A stretch of DNA of 64,000 nucleotides from Pyrinomonadaceae bacterium (GTDB lineage: Bacteria > Acidobacteriota > Blastocatellia > Pyrinomonadales > Pyrinomonadaceae): contig JAJQRF010000001.1 in NCBI GenBank assembly GCA_021228405.1, positions 1,006,515 through 1,070,514 on the forward strand, written 5' to 3'. Made by a program: the position numbers and the translations under genes. Under the pieces are notes generated by a model. The model did not search any database and had not been told where the DNA came from. It saw only the letters and a list, made by a program, of their open reading frames with translations. Below are positions 38,634 to 46,809 of the stretch, piece after piece (the stretch's first letter is position 1; each line of letters opens with the position of its first letter).

Positions 38634-39434
38634 ATGCACGAATTTGTCTGCTTTAATCAGGAAATAATTCAAGCTGAAAACGCTTCGGTTTCGGCAATTT
38701 CTTCCGCCGCATTTTACGGTAAGGGGGTTTTTACAACGCTTTCCGTTATTAATAAAAAGCCTTTTTTGTGGGAAAAACACTGGTGCAGATTGAATGAAAA
38801 CGCGCGCAAATTAAAACTCGAGCTAAGTGATTTTTCCGAAGCGGAGATCAAAAATTCTCTAATTGAAACGATCGAAAAAAATAATTTTATAAACGGGCGC
38901 GCCAGAATCACTTTTTTTGACGAATCGACGGGTAAAATCTGGAATCTTGCAAACGAGAAAGGCACGAGTTTTCTAATCACAACGGCAGATTGTCACAAAA
39001 CGAAAGATACTTTTAGATTGACCGTTTCGCCTTATCGAATAAATTCCAAATCACCGCTTGCGGGCGTAAAATCCTGCAATTATCTTGAAAAAACGCTGGC
39101 TTTTGACGAATCAAAAATGCGCGGTTTCGACGAAGCGATTCAGCTAAACGAACGCGGCGAGATCGTTTCGGCGTGTATGGCGAATATTTTTTGGCTGAAA
39201 GATGAAAAACTTTTCACGCCTTCGCTCAACACGGGCTGTCTGCGCGGAACTATGCGCGATTTCGTAATGGAAAATCTGAAAACTGCGGAAGTTGAAGGCG
39301 ATTTGGAAGTATTGCAAAAAGCCGACGCGATATTTTTGACTTCGGCGGGAGTCGGGATCGTTCAGGTTTCCGAATTTAACGAAAAACGCTTTGAAAAAAT
39401 CGAAAGTCCGATCGTAAAAATAATAAGTCTTTAA
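38634..39434 (+). CDS. class IV aminotransferase-fold protein (aminodeoxychorismate lyase / branched-chain aminotransferase-like)
   Basis: Start taken at MHEFVCFNQ. Fold-type IV PLP-enzyme motifs (GVFTTL..., EIVSACMANIFW). Confidence 0.65.
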   Translation: MHEFVCFNQEIIQAENASVSAISSAAFYGKGVFTTLSVINKKPFLWEKHWCRLNENARKLKLELSDFSEAEIKNSLIETIEKNNFINGRARITFFDESTGKIWNLANEKGTSFLITTADCHKTKDTFRLTVSPYRINSKSPLAGVKSCNYLEKTLAFDESKMRGFDEAIQLNERGEIVSACMANIFWLKDEKLFTPSLNTGCLRGTMRDFVMENLKTAEVEGDLEVLQKADAIFLTSAGVGIVQVSEFNEKRFEKIESPIVKIISL

Positions 39435-39516
39435 AAAGATAAAGTTACGCATTCGGAAGAAATTATTTCTTCTGAAACGTAACTTAAAATCCTGTATCTT
39501 GAAATTGAAGTTAAAC

Positions 39517-39717
39517 TTACGCGGCGGTTTCAAACAAAGCCAAAATCTGTTTGCCTTCGTTCGAGCGCGGGTCGATGGTGCGGATGTGTTTGGCACCCTG
39601 CATTTCCCAGATCGCCGTTACGGTTCCCTCTTTTTCAACCGCGTGATAGGAAACATCTTCGGCATTTTCCGTTGCTTCGGTTGTTTCTTCAGCGGCTTTT
39701 ACTGCTTCTTCTGACAT
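39517..39717 (-). CDS. small acidic hypothetical protein
   Basis: 66 aa with AAGGAG upstream. It overlaps an alternative plus-strand ORF that has a weaker signal. Confidence 0.35.
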   Translation of the reverse strand: MSEEAVKAAEETTEATENAEDVSYHAVEKEGTVTAIWEMQGAKHIRTIDPRSNEGKQILALFETAA

Positions 39718-39827
39718 TTAATGTAAAAATCTCCTTTATAAATAGTTACTCTTGATAAATTGTTAATATCTATCGAATTTTGACAAAAAATTAGGTCTTT
39801 GTCGAGTTTTGGAATGAAATAAGAAAA

Positions 39828-39956
39828 TTTGCCCACGAAATACACAAAAATCACGAAAAGAGAATTGTATAGGGTAAACAGTCAATCATTAATAGAAAAA
39901 GAAAAACAATTTACCATTAATTCTCTTTCGTTTCTTTCGTGTATTTCGTGGGCAAA
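39828..39956. repeat. family A palindromic element
   Basis: TTGCCCACGAAATACACAAAAATCACGAAAAG ... CTTTCGTTTCTTTCGTGTATTTCGTGGGCAA. Confidence 0.7.
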
Positions 39957-39958
39957 AC

Positions 39959-41515
39959 CTATTTCGTCCTTTTCAGTTCGAGTTCATAGAACCAGAAATC
40001 GTTGTTCGGCTGATCGATCTTCAACTGATCGGTTTTGCCGTCCTTGTCAATCGTGAAAGTGACAAAGCCGCGGGGGAAATTATAAGCCGTTGACGGTCGC
40101 CATTTGATCTGGAAAGTGTCGTAATGCCAATGTTCGAGGTCGGCAACCAGATTCGGCGACGGAATCATTTTCATTACCAGTTTTCCGTTTTCTTCTTCGA
40201 TCTTTACATCCCCGTAAAGGTCGCTCGTGTAGGTTCCGGCGTAGTCCGGCAATGAAAGCGTCGGTTTCGTATTTTTGGCGCGGGCGGCATCGACTTTCGC
40301 GTTTTCTTCGTCGTCGCTAATCTTTCCGCGTTTGGCGCGTTCCAGATATTCGGCGTTCCAATCGCGTTTCGGCGCGTTTGTGAAAACGTCGAGCATTTTA
40401 TACATCATAATCGAAAACGCGCTCGTTTCCCCGTTCGTTAAAACGACGAATCCGACATTTTCTTCGGGCAAAAGAACTGTGTAAGAAAGCATTCCGTCCA
40501 AACCGCCGCTGTGCGAGATCATTTTTCTGCCCTGGTAATCATTGATAAACCAACCCATTCCCGCGCCGTTCAGATGACGCGAAGGCATATTTCGCGCCGC
40601 GCCTGGCGAGATTTGAATCGGCGTGTATTGCTGCCACATTTCCCACGAACGGTCTTCGCTGAAAATCTTTTTCCCGTCAATCGTGCCTTTTCCCAACTGC
40701 AAACGAATCCATTTTGTAAGATCGGCAACGGATGAATTTAATCTGACCGCGCCCGCGCCGCCGTCAACGTTTCCCTGGTGAAGCGGACGCATTCCTTTTC
40801 CGCCCGATTCGTTGTGCGGTGTCGCGTAATTGTCCTTCAAGTCCTTCACGCTCGTCGTCGTGCGCGTCATTCCGAGCGGGTCTAAGATTCTTTCTTTCAC
40901 AAAAGCCTGCCACGTTTTGCCAGAAACTCTTTCGATGACCTTCCCGGCAGTAATGAACATCAGATTTTGATAGCCGTATTTTGAACGAAAACTCGAAACC
41001 GGCTTCAGATAACGCAGACGGCGGATGATTTCGTCGTTCGTGTAAGTCGTTTCATACCAGAGCAGATCACCGCTGAACGTGTCGAAACCACTGCGGTGCG
41101 TGATGAGATCGCGAATGGTCATTTCGCGCGTCACATACGCATCGGCAAGCTGAAATTCGGGCAGATATTTGATAACCTTGTCGTCCCAATTCAGCTTTTT
41201 TTCATCGACCAGGATTGCCAGGCTCGCCGTCGTAAAAGCCTTTGTGTTGGAGGCGATGGCAAAGAGCGTATTTTCATCGACCTTTTCGGGTTTGCCGAGT
41301 TCGCGCACGCCGTAGCCTTTGGTGAAAACCGTTTTTCCGTCCTTCACGATGCCGATCGCAAAGCCGGGTTGGTTCCAATCTTCGCGGACTTTTTGCGCGT
41401 ATGCGTCGATCTCGGAAAGTTTTTCTTCAAGACTTTGCGAATAAACGAAAAGCGGGAAAACGAGCAAAAGCAGAAACAGGTTAAATTGCAAAAGACGTAG
41501 AAATCTTGATCTCAT
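39959..41515 (-). CDS. serine hydrolase, beta-lactamase/transpeptidase fold (class C-like)
   Basis: Signal peptide and the SNTK (SxxK) active-site motif. Confidence 0.85.
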   Translation of the reverse strand: MRSRFLRLLQFNLFLLLLVFPLFVYSQSLEEKLSEIDAYAQKVREDWNQPGFAIGIVKDGKTVFTKGYGVRELGKPEKVDENTLFAIASNTKAFTTASLAILVDEKKLNWDDKVIKYLPEFQLADAYVTREMTIRDLITHRSGFDTFSGDLLWYETTYTNDEIIRRLRYLKPVSSFRSKYGYQNLMFITAGKVIERVSGKTWQAFVKERILDPLGMTRTTTSVKDLKDNYATPHNESGGKGMRPLHQGNVDGGAGAVRLNSSVADLTKWIRLQLGKGTIDGKKIFSEDRSWEMWQQYTPIQISPGAARNMPSRHLNGAGMGWFINDYQGRKMISHSGGLDGMLSYTVLLPEENVGFVVLTNGETSAFSIMMYKMLDVFTNAPKRDWNAEYLERAKRGKISDDEENAKVDAARAKNTKPTLSLPDYAGTYTSDLYGDVKIEEENGKLVMKMIPSPNLVADLEHWHYDTFQIKWRPSTAYNFPRGFVTFTIDKDGKTDQLKIDQPNNDFWFYELELKRTK

Positions 41516-41601
41516 AATTTATTTTTTCGAGTTTGTTTTATGATTGCCGCAGAAAACAGTATAACTTATTACGCAGATTCAAACGCAAGGTTTTGCGAAA
41601 A

Positions 41602-42174
41602 ATGAAGAAATCCGAACTCAGAAAAATATCTATCGCCCAAAGAAAAGAGATCGCGCCGAATGAAACGGCGGAAAAGAGCCTTTTGATCTTAAATAATATT
41701 TTTGCTTATTTCGATTTTACGAAAACGAATTTCGTGCATTGCTTCCTGCCGATTAAAAGATTCAATGAAATTGACACTCATCTGATCTTTCACAAGATTT
41801 GGCAGGATTTCCCGCGTATTCAGACAGTCGTTCCGCGTGTCGATTTCCAGACACTAAAAATGACAAGTCTGATCTACAATGCCGAAACTGAACTCGTAGA
41901 AAATTCGTGGAATATTTCCGAGCCGAAACACGACGAATTTATCGAACCTGAAAGAATCGACGCGGTTTTCGTGCCGCTTTTATGCGCCGACAAACGCGGT
42001 TTTCGCGTCGGTTACGGGAAAGGTTTTTATGATCGTTTTTTGAAGGATTGCCGCCCGGATTGTTTGAAAATCGGTCTGAACTATTTTCAGCCTGTCGAAG
42101 AAATTTCGGATGTAACCGAATATGACATAAAACTCGATTTTCTCGTCACGCCCGAAAGAGTCATTGTTTTTTAA
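41602..42174 (+). CDS. 5-formyltetrahydrofolate cyclo-ligase (MTHFS)
   Basis: Start taken at MKKSELRK. C-terminal GYGKGFYDRFL motif. Confidence 0.8.
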   Translation: MKKSELRKISIAQRKEIAPNETAEKSLLILNNIFAYFDFTKTNFVHCFLPIKRFNEIDTHLIFHKIWQDFPRIQTVVPRVDFQTLKMTSLIYNAETELVENSWNISEPKHDEFIEPERIDAVFVPLLCADKRGFRVGYGKGFYDRFLKDCRPDCLKIGLNYFQPVEEISDVTEYDIKLDFLVTPERVIVF

Positions 42175-42179
42175 TTTTA

Positions 42180-42264
42180 TTTGCCCGCGAAAAAACGCGA
42201 AACACGCAAAAAAACCAAAACCTTAAAAATATTTCGTGTCATTTCGCGTATTTCGCGGGCAAAT
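42180..42264. repeat. family A palindromic element (CGCGAAA variant), between the convergent MTHFS and mscL genes
   Basis: TTGCCCGCGAAAAAACGCGAAACACGC ... TTTCGTGTCATTTCGCGTATTTCGCGGGCAA. Confidence 0.7.
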
Positions 42265-42282
42265 AATCAATTAACAGCTTGC

Positions 42283-42705
42283 TTATTTATTCTTTAAAAG
42301 GTCGCGGATTTCCGCCAGTAAAACTTCTTCATTGCTCGGTCCGGCAGGTGCGGCTTCGGCTTCCAAACCTTTGAAAAGCTTGATCGCGTAACGCGCCAGC
42401 AGAAACATTATAAAACCGACGATGATGAAATTTATCAGATCGTTGATAAATTGCCCATACATTATGAGCGGTTCTTTGGCTTTGATCGCCGCGTCGATTT
42501 GTTCGGGAGTTGCAACCGGCATACTTCCCAGATTCCAAACTTTGTCCTTAAAGTCGACTCCGCCCGTCAGTTTACTGACAAACGGCATCACGATTCCGTC
42601 GGTGAATGTTTTGACCACTGCCGCAAAAGCCGCACCGATAATGACGGCAATTGCCAGATCGAGAATGTTTCCCTTGGCGAGAAACGCTTTAAAATCTTTC
42701 CACAT
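42283..42705 (-). CDS. mscL: large-conductance mechanosensitive channel
   Basis: 140 aa with the MscL signature (GNILDLAIAVIIGAAF, two TM helices). Confidence 0.9.
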   Translation of the reverse strand: MWKDFKAFLAKGNILDLAIAVIIGAAFAAVVKTFTDGIVMPFVSKLTGGVDFKDKVWNLGSMPVATPEQIDAAIKAKEPLIMYGQFINDLINFIIVGFIMFLLARYAIKLFKGLEAEAAPAGPSNEEVLLAEIRDLLKNK

Positions 42706-43001
42706 ACAAGATTCTCCTGTTTATTTGTTTTATGTTCGGGACCCTCTTAGGCGTTGGAGTTAGAAAGATTTTAATGCAATTCGTAAAAAATGCAATTATT
42801 TTTTATTTAGCTAATCTCATTTTTTGTTTCAGAAGCAGTTGTGCCGAAACTTCATAAGAAAAGTTATTTTGCAAACTTATTAAAAAAAATATTTTCAAGT
42901 CATTTAAAGATTTGCCGATAAGTTATCACGGCGCGGCACGTATTTTTTGCCGTTCGTGTAAAAGTTTTATTTGAAAATCCAAAAACGACTTAATACTGTC
43001 T

Positions 43002-43253
43002 ATGAAGAAAGAGTTTTTTTCGATGAAGACTGCCGCGCGGAAAAAAGTTTCCGTTCCCGGCAAAAGACAAAGCATTTTTTCAAGAATTTTCGGCTGTGCG
43101 CACACGCGGATGAGCAAACCCGTTACGATTGGCGAAACGAGCTTTCAATATTGCTCCGAATGCGGTGCCCGCCGCCAATACGACATCGAAAAATTTAAGC
43201 CTTTCGGCGCGTTTTACCGTCCCGAGATCGGGAAAAATCTTTATTACATCTGA
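43002..43253 (+). CDS. small zinc-ribbon-like hypothetical protein
   Basis: 83 aa with CxH...CxxC. Weak support. Confidence 0.3.
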   Translation: MKKEFFSMKTAARKKVSVPGKRQSIFSRIFGCAHTRMSKPVTIGETSFQYCSECGARRQYDIEKFKPFGAFYRPEIGKNLYYI

Positions 43254-43311
43254 AAATCCTGAATCTTTCGGCACGCTTCTTCGCGGTCGCGTTTCTGCCT
43301 GTCCGGATAAC

Positions 43312-43352
43312 AAAAAGCCGTGAGGAGTAAACTCTTCACGGCTTTTTTGTTT
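43312..43352. terminator. bidirectional rho-independent terminator
   Basis: AAAAAGCCGTGAGGAG-N7-CTCTTCACGGCTTTTTT. Confidence 0.55.
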
Positions 43353-43370
43353 TTTAATTTTTCTTATGAA

Positions 43371-43976
43371 CTAACTCGCAACGGCTTCGGTTTCTTCTTC
43401 GGCTTCGACCAGTTCGGTCGTGTCGTATGAACCCTGATTATATTGCGCTTTTGCTTCGCTGATGCGTTTATCGAACGATTCTTTCGCGCGCAACATACTG
43501 CAATTCCCTTCGAGGATCGCGCCGTCTTCCAATACCAGACGCGGCGTTTGCACGTTTCCGATGACCCGCGCCGTGCGTCCTAATTGGAGTTTTTCCGACG
43601 CAACGATGTCGCCGTTGACCGTGCCGTTGATGACCGCCGCCGCGACCGCGATGTTTGCGTCGACCTGTCCGCTTGCGCCGATCACGAGCGTTCCCGTTTC
43701 CGACGTGATGCGTCCCGTCAAATGCCCGTCGATGCGCAGCATCGCCTGAAACGACGTTTCGCCCGTCAGGGTCGTGCCGTTGCCGACATAACCGCTCAAA
43801 CGTCCTTCTTTAATATCCCGCGCCATCGATTCGCTGTCGGAAATCGCTTTCGTCGAAGAAGGAATATTTTCGCTTGTAAACGGGTAAACCGAACCTGTAT
43901 TAGTTGTTTTTTCCTGAAAACTTTGGGAGTTTTCGGTTGCCTGTTCCGTTCTGGAACTTCTGCCCATTCTAATCAT
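43371..43976 (-). CDS. bactofilin family cytoskeletal protein
   Basis: Beta-helical DUF583 repeats (RIDGHLTGRI, LVIGASGQVDANI, VINGTVNGDI). The true start may be the internal MARDIK Met. Confidence 0.8.
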   Translation of the reverse strand: MIRMGRSSRTEQATENSQSFQEKTTNTGSVYPFTSENIPSSTKAISDSESMARDIKEGRLSGYVGNGTTLTGETSFQAMLRIDGHLTGRITSETGTLVIGASGQVDANIAVAAAVINGTVNGDIVASEKLQLGRTARVIGNVQTPRLVLEDGAILEGNCSMLRAKESFDKRISEAKAQYNQGSYDTTELVEAEEETEAVAS

Positions 43977-44117
43977 TGATATTTACATACCTCCGCTAAA
44001 TTCAAATTATTATTTTTTGTAGATTTTTAGGGGGAATACTGCCCAAGCGTAAACTTACTTTCTGCTTGCTGATTACACTTTTCTTTATAAATATTATTAA
44101 AAGATTAGCTTTTCCAG

Positions 44118-45116
44118 TTGGATGTTATAATAAATGAGAATTTATTTTTGCGCCAGTTTGGAAGCGAAGTTGTTAAATTTCCCCGTCCGTGTCAAAATTT
44201 CAAGTTTCGGAGGTTTTATCAGAAGTTGTTTGTAGAAACGAAAACCAAAACTAAACTACTCAAAAAGGTCGGTAAGGCGATCGCCGATTTTTCGATGATC
44301 GAAGAAGGCGACAAGATAATGGTCTGTCTTTCGGGCGGTAAGGACAGCTACACAATGCTCGATCTTTTGCTCGCCGTGCGGAAACGCGCGCCGGTCAATT
44401 TTGAAATTCTCGCTGTCAATCTCGACCAGAAACAGCCCGATTTTCCCGAGCACGTTTTGCCCGAATATCTCGAAAGCATCGGCGTTCCGTATCGCATCGT
44501 CGAGGAAGATACGTATTCGGTCGTGAAAATGCACATTCCCGAAGGCAAAACTTTCTGTTCGCTCTGCTCGCGTCTGCGGCGCGGGATTCTGTATTCGACG
44601 GCGATCGAAGAAGGCTGTACGAAAGTCGCGCTCGGTCATCACGCCGAAGACATTATGGCGACATTTTTGCTGAATCTTTTCTTTGTCGGTCAATTAAAAG
44701 CGATGCCGCCGGTCTTGAAATCGGATGCGGGAACGAACACGGTCATTCGTCCGCTTGCTTACTGTAATGAAAAGGACATTGCCGAATATGCGGCGGAACG
44801 CAAATTTCCGATCATTCCGTGTAATCTGTGCGGTTCACAGCCGAATCTGAAACGGGCGCGCGTGAAAAATCTCATCAACGAACTCGAAAAGGAAATTCCG
44901 TTCATTCGTTCGTCGATTATGACCGCGCTTTCAAACGTGACGGGTTCGCATCTGCTTGACACGAAACTTTACGATTTTGAAAATTTCGAGCCGCTTATCA
45001 AACAAATTCCGAAAGGACACGGCAACATCGAAAAGGAACTCGACGCGGTTTTCGATCATTCCGAACCCGAAATGCAGTCGCAACTGACGCAGATCGGTCG
45101 CGGTCTGATCGGTTAA
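44118..45116 (+). CDS. ttcA: tRNA 2-thiocytidine(32) synthetase TtcA
   Basis: PP-loop SGGKDS plus CxxC...CxxC Fe-S cluster motifs. Aligns to E. coli TtcA ([25 protein letters not shown]). Confidence 0.85.
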   Translation: MDVIINENLFLRQFGSEVVKFPRPCQNFKFRRFYQKLFVETKTKTKLLKKVGKAIADFSMIEEGDKIMVCLSGGKDSYTMLDLLLAVRKRAPVNFEILAVNLDQKQPDFPEHVLPEYLESIGVPYRIVEEDTYSVVKMHIPEGKTFCSLCSRLRRGILYSTAIEEGCTKVALGHHAEDIMATFLLNLFFVGQLKAMPPVLKSDAGTNTVIRPLAYCNEKDIAEYAAERKFPIIPCNLCGSQPNLKRARVKNLINELEKEIPFIRSSIMTALSNVTGSHLLDTKLYDFENFEPLIKQIPKGHGNIEKELDAVFDHSEPEMQSQLTQIGRGLIG

Positions 45117-45128
45117 TTATGAAGAAAT

Positions 45129-45196
45129 TTAACCGCAGATAAATACAGATTTAAATTAATAAAATCCGCGTTTATCTGCGTAAATCTGCGGTTAAA
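45129..45196. repeat. degenerate family C-like palindromic element
   Basis: TTAACCGCAGATAAATACAGATTT ... AAATCTGCGGTTAA. Confidence 0.4.
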
Positions 45197-45258
45197 AACC
45201 TGTATTTTTCATAAAAACCCGCATTCAATCGCGGGCAAATTTCCTAACCCGAAACTTA

Positions 45259-45465
45259 ATGCCGAAAGAAGATTTTGAACAATTTCATCAGATGGTTTTG
45301 CAGGATATTTCCTTGCAGGAATCTCTGCGCGTGATCGAATACCGCAATGATTTTATCGCCGCAGTTGTTGAAAAAGGCAAGGAAAAAGGCTTCGATTTCG
45401 GTGCGGAAGACGTTGAAGAAAAAATGAACGAATATCGGCGGGCATGGATCGAAAGATGGTTTTAG
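45259..45465 (+). CDS. Nif11-domain small peptide (68 aa), gene overlapping the downstream sulfotransferase
   Basis: MPKEDFEQFHQMVLQDISLQESLRV...VVEKGKEKGFDFGAEDV matches the Nif11/N11P leader-type domain. It has a 15-aa tail, NEYRRAWIERWF, containing a single Tyr with acidic neighbours. Confidence 0.6.
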   Translation: MPKEDFEQFHQMVLQDISLQESLRVIEYRNDFIAAVVEKGKEKGFDFGAEDVEEKMNEYRRAWIERWF

Positions 45466-46430
45466 AAAACGATTTGGAAAAGTTTCGAGATTGGTCGCCG
45501 ATTCGCATTTACTGGCGCGAAAATCGTCCGTTTGTCGATTGGTGTTGGCTCGGCAAAGAACGTTTTACCGATTCCTTTTTCGACATCACGATTCAAAGAC
45601 AGCTTTCCAAACCTTTCAACCAACTCTTTCGCCATCAAACTCCGCTCGAATTCTTGGGCGAAATCTACGAAAACCGCAAAGGCATCGCGCCGACGGGTTT
45701 TATCTTTCACATTTCGCGGTGCGGTTCGACGCTCGTTTCGCAGATGCTCGCGGCTTTGGAACAAAACATCGTGCTGTCCGAACCGCCGCTGATCGATGCG
45801 ATTCTCCGCCTGCAAATTCCCGACGAAACAAAGATCGAATGGCTGAAATGGCTCGTTAATACTTTTGCCCAACCGCGCAATGAGGAAAAGCATTTTTTCA
45901 TCAAATTCGACAGCTGGAGCACGCTCGATCTTGCTTTGATAAAACGCGCTTTTCCCGACGCGCCGTGGATTTTTATGTATCGCAATCCGGTCGAAATCAT
46001 CGTTTCGCACAAACGCCAGCCCGGAATGCAGATGATTCCCGGACAAATTCAGCAGTTGTCGGCGGGAATAAGTTTTGAAGAAAGTTTTCAAATGCCGTCC
46101 GAAGAATATTGTGCGCGCATTTTGGCGAAAATGTGCGAAAGCGTGATGCCTTTCAGCGATGACAAAGACGTAAAATTTATCAATTACACACAACTTCCCG
46201 ACGTAGTTTTCACGGAAATTCTCGCACACTTTAAACTCGACTTTTCCACTGAAGATTTAGAAAAAATGCGTTTCTCGACGCAGTTCAACGCCAAAACGCC
46301 GAGCCTTAATTTCACGCCTGACAGCGAATCCAAAAAAAAGGAAGCAAGCGAAATTGCCGTCCGCGCCGCCGAAAAAATCGTCGATCCTTTGTATGAAAAA
46401 CTCGAAGAAATAAGAAAATCGAAAATTTGA
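45444..46430 (+). CDS. Stf0-type sulfotransferase with an about 80-aa N-terminal extension
   Basis: 5'-PSB loop FHISRCGSTLVSQML and a 3'-PB-like region RNPVEIIVSHKRQ. The start overlaps the Nif11 gene by 22 nt (10 nt if the start is M5). Confidence 0.75.
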   Translation: MDRKMVLENDLEKFRDWSPIRIYWRENRPFVDWCWLGKERFTDSFFDITIQRQLSKPFNQLFRHQTPLEFLGEIYENRKGIAPTGFIFHISRCGSTLVSQMLAALEQNIVLSEPPLIDAILRLQIPDETKIEWLKWLVNTFAQPRNEEKHFFIKFDSWSTLDLALIKRAFPDAPWIFMYRNPVEIIVSHKRQPGMQMIPGQIQQLSAGISFEESFQMPSEEYCARILAKMCESVMPFSDDKDVKFINYTQLPDVVFTEILAHFKLDFSTEDLEKMRFSTQFNAKTPSLNFTPDSESKKKEASEIAVRAAEKIVDPLYEKLEEIRKSKI

Positions 46431-46495
46431 AGAAGTGAGTTTCGCCGGAAAGATTAAAGCGCAGACAATCTTGCTTACGCTTCGATCTTTCCGTC

Positions 46496-46780
46496 ATTTT
46501 TTGCACGTCAACCCGAATATTTTGCACGAGCGACTGTTTCTTTTGCACATCAACCCGAAACTTTTGCACGCGAACCCTGCACTTTTGCAAGCCAGCCCGA
46601 AACTTTTGCACGTCAACCCAAAACTTTTGCAAAGCAGTCCGAAACTTTCGCATTTCAACCCGAATGTTTTGCAAAGTCACCCGAAAGTTTTGCAAACCTA
46701 TCCGAAACTTTTGCAGACGAACCCGAAACTTTTGCAGGCGAACCCCAACGCTTTAGAGATTCGCCTGCAAATTTTTAACT
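46496..46780. repeat. tandem array 2: about 13 copies of a 21-bp unit TTTTGCA-N6-CCCGAAAC
   Basis: Read directly (ttttgcacgtcaacccgaaac, ttttgcaaagcagtccgaaac and similar). It is followed by short TTTTAAC repeats, and lies between the convergent sulfotransferase and serine hydrolase genes. Confidence 0.85.
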
Positions 46781-46809
46781 TTTAATTTTTACCTTTTAAC
46801 TTTCGCCCT

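Noticed and set aside
39499-39714. Plus-strand 71-aa ORF overlapping the 39517..39717 minus-strand ORF
   Set aside because: There is no SD and the sequence is low-complexity Gly/Phe-rich. The minus-strand ORF has AAGGAG upstream. Neither is strongly supported.
45259-45465. Canonical Nif11-leader lanthipeptide/prochlorosin precursor
   Set aside because: There is no GG/GA leader cleavage motif, no Cys/Ser/Thr-rich core, and no LanM, cyclodehydratase or PCAT transporter nearby. Kept only as a possible sulfation substrate.
46496-46780. CRISPR array
   Set aside because: Units are 21 bp with only a 4-6 nt variable core, not 28-37-bp repeats alternating with 30-40-bp unique spacers. There are no cas genes. 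Four different unit sequences occur at four loci.
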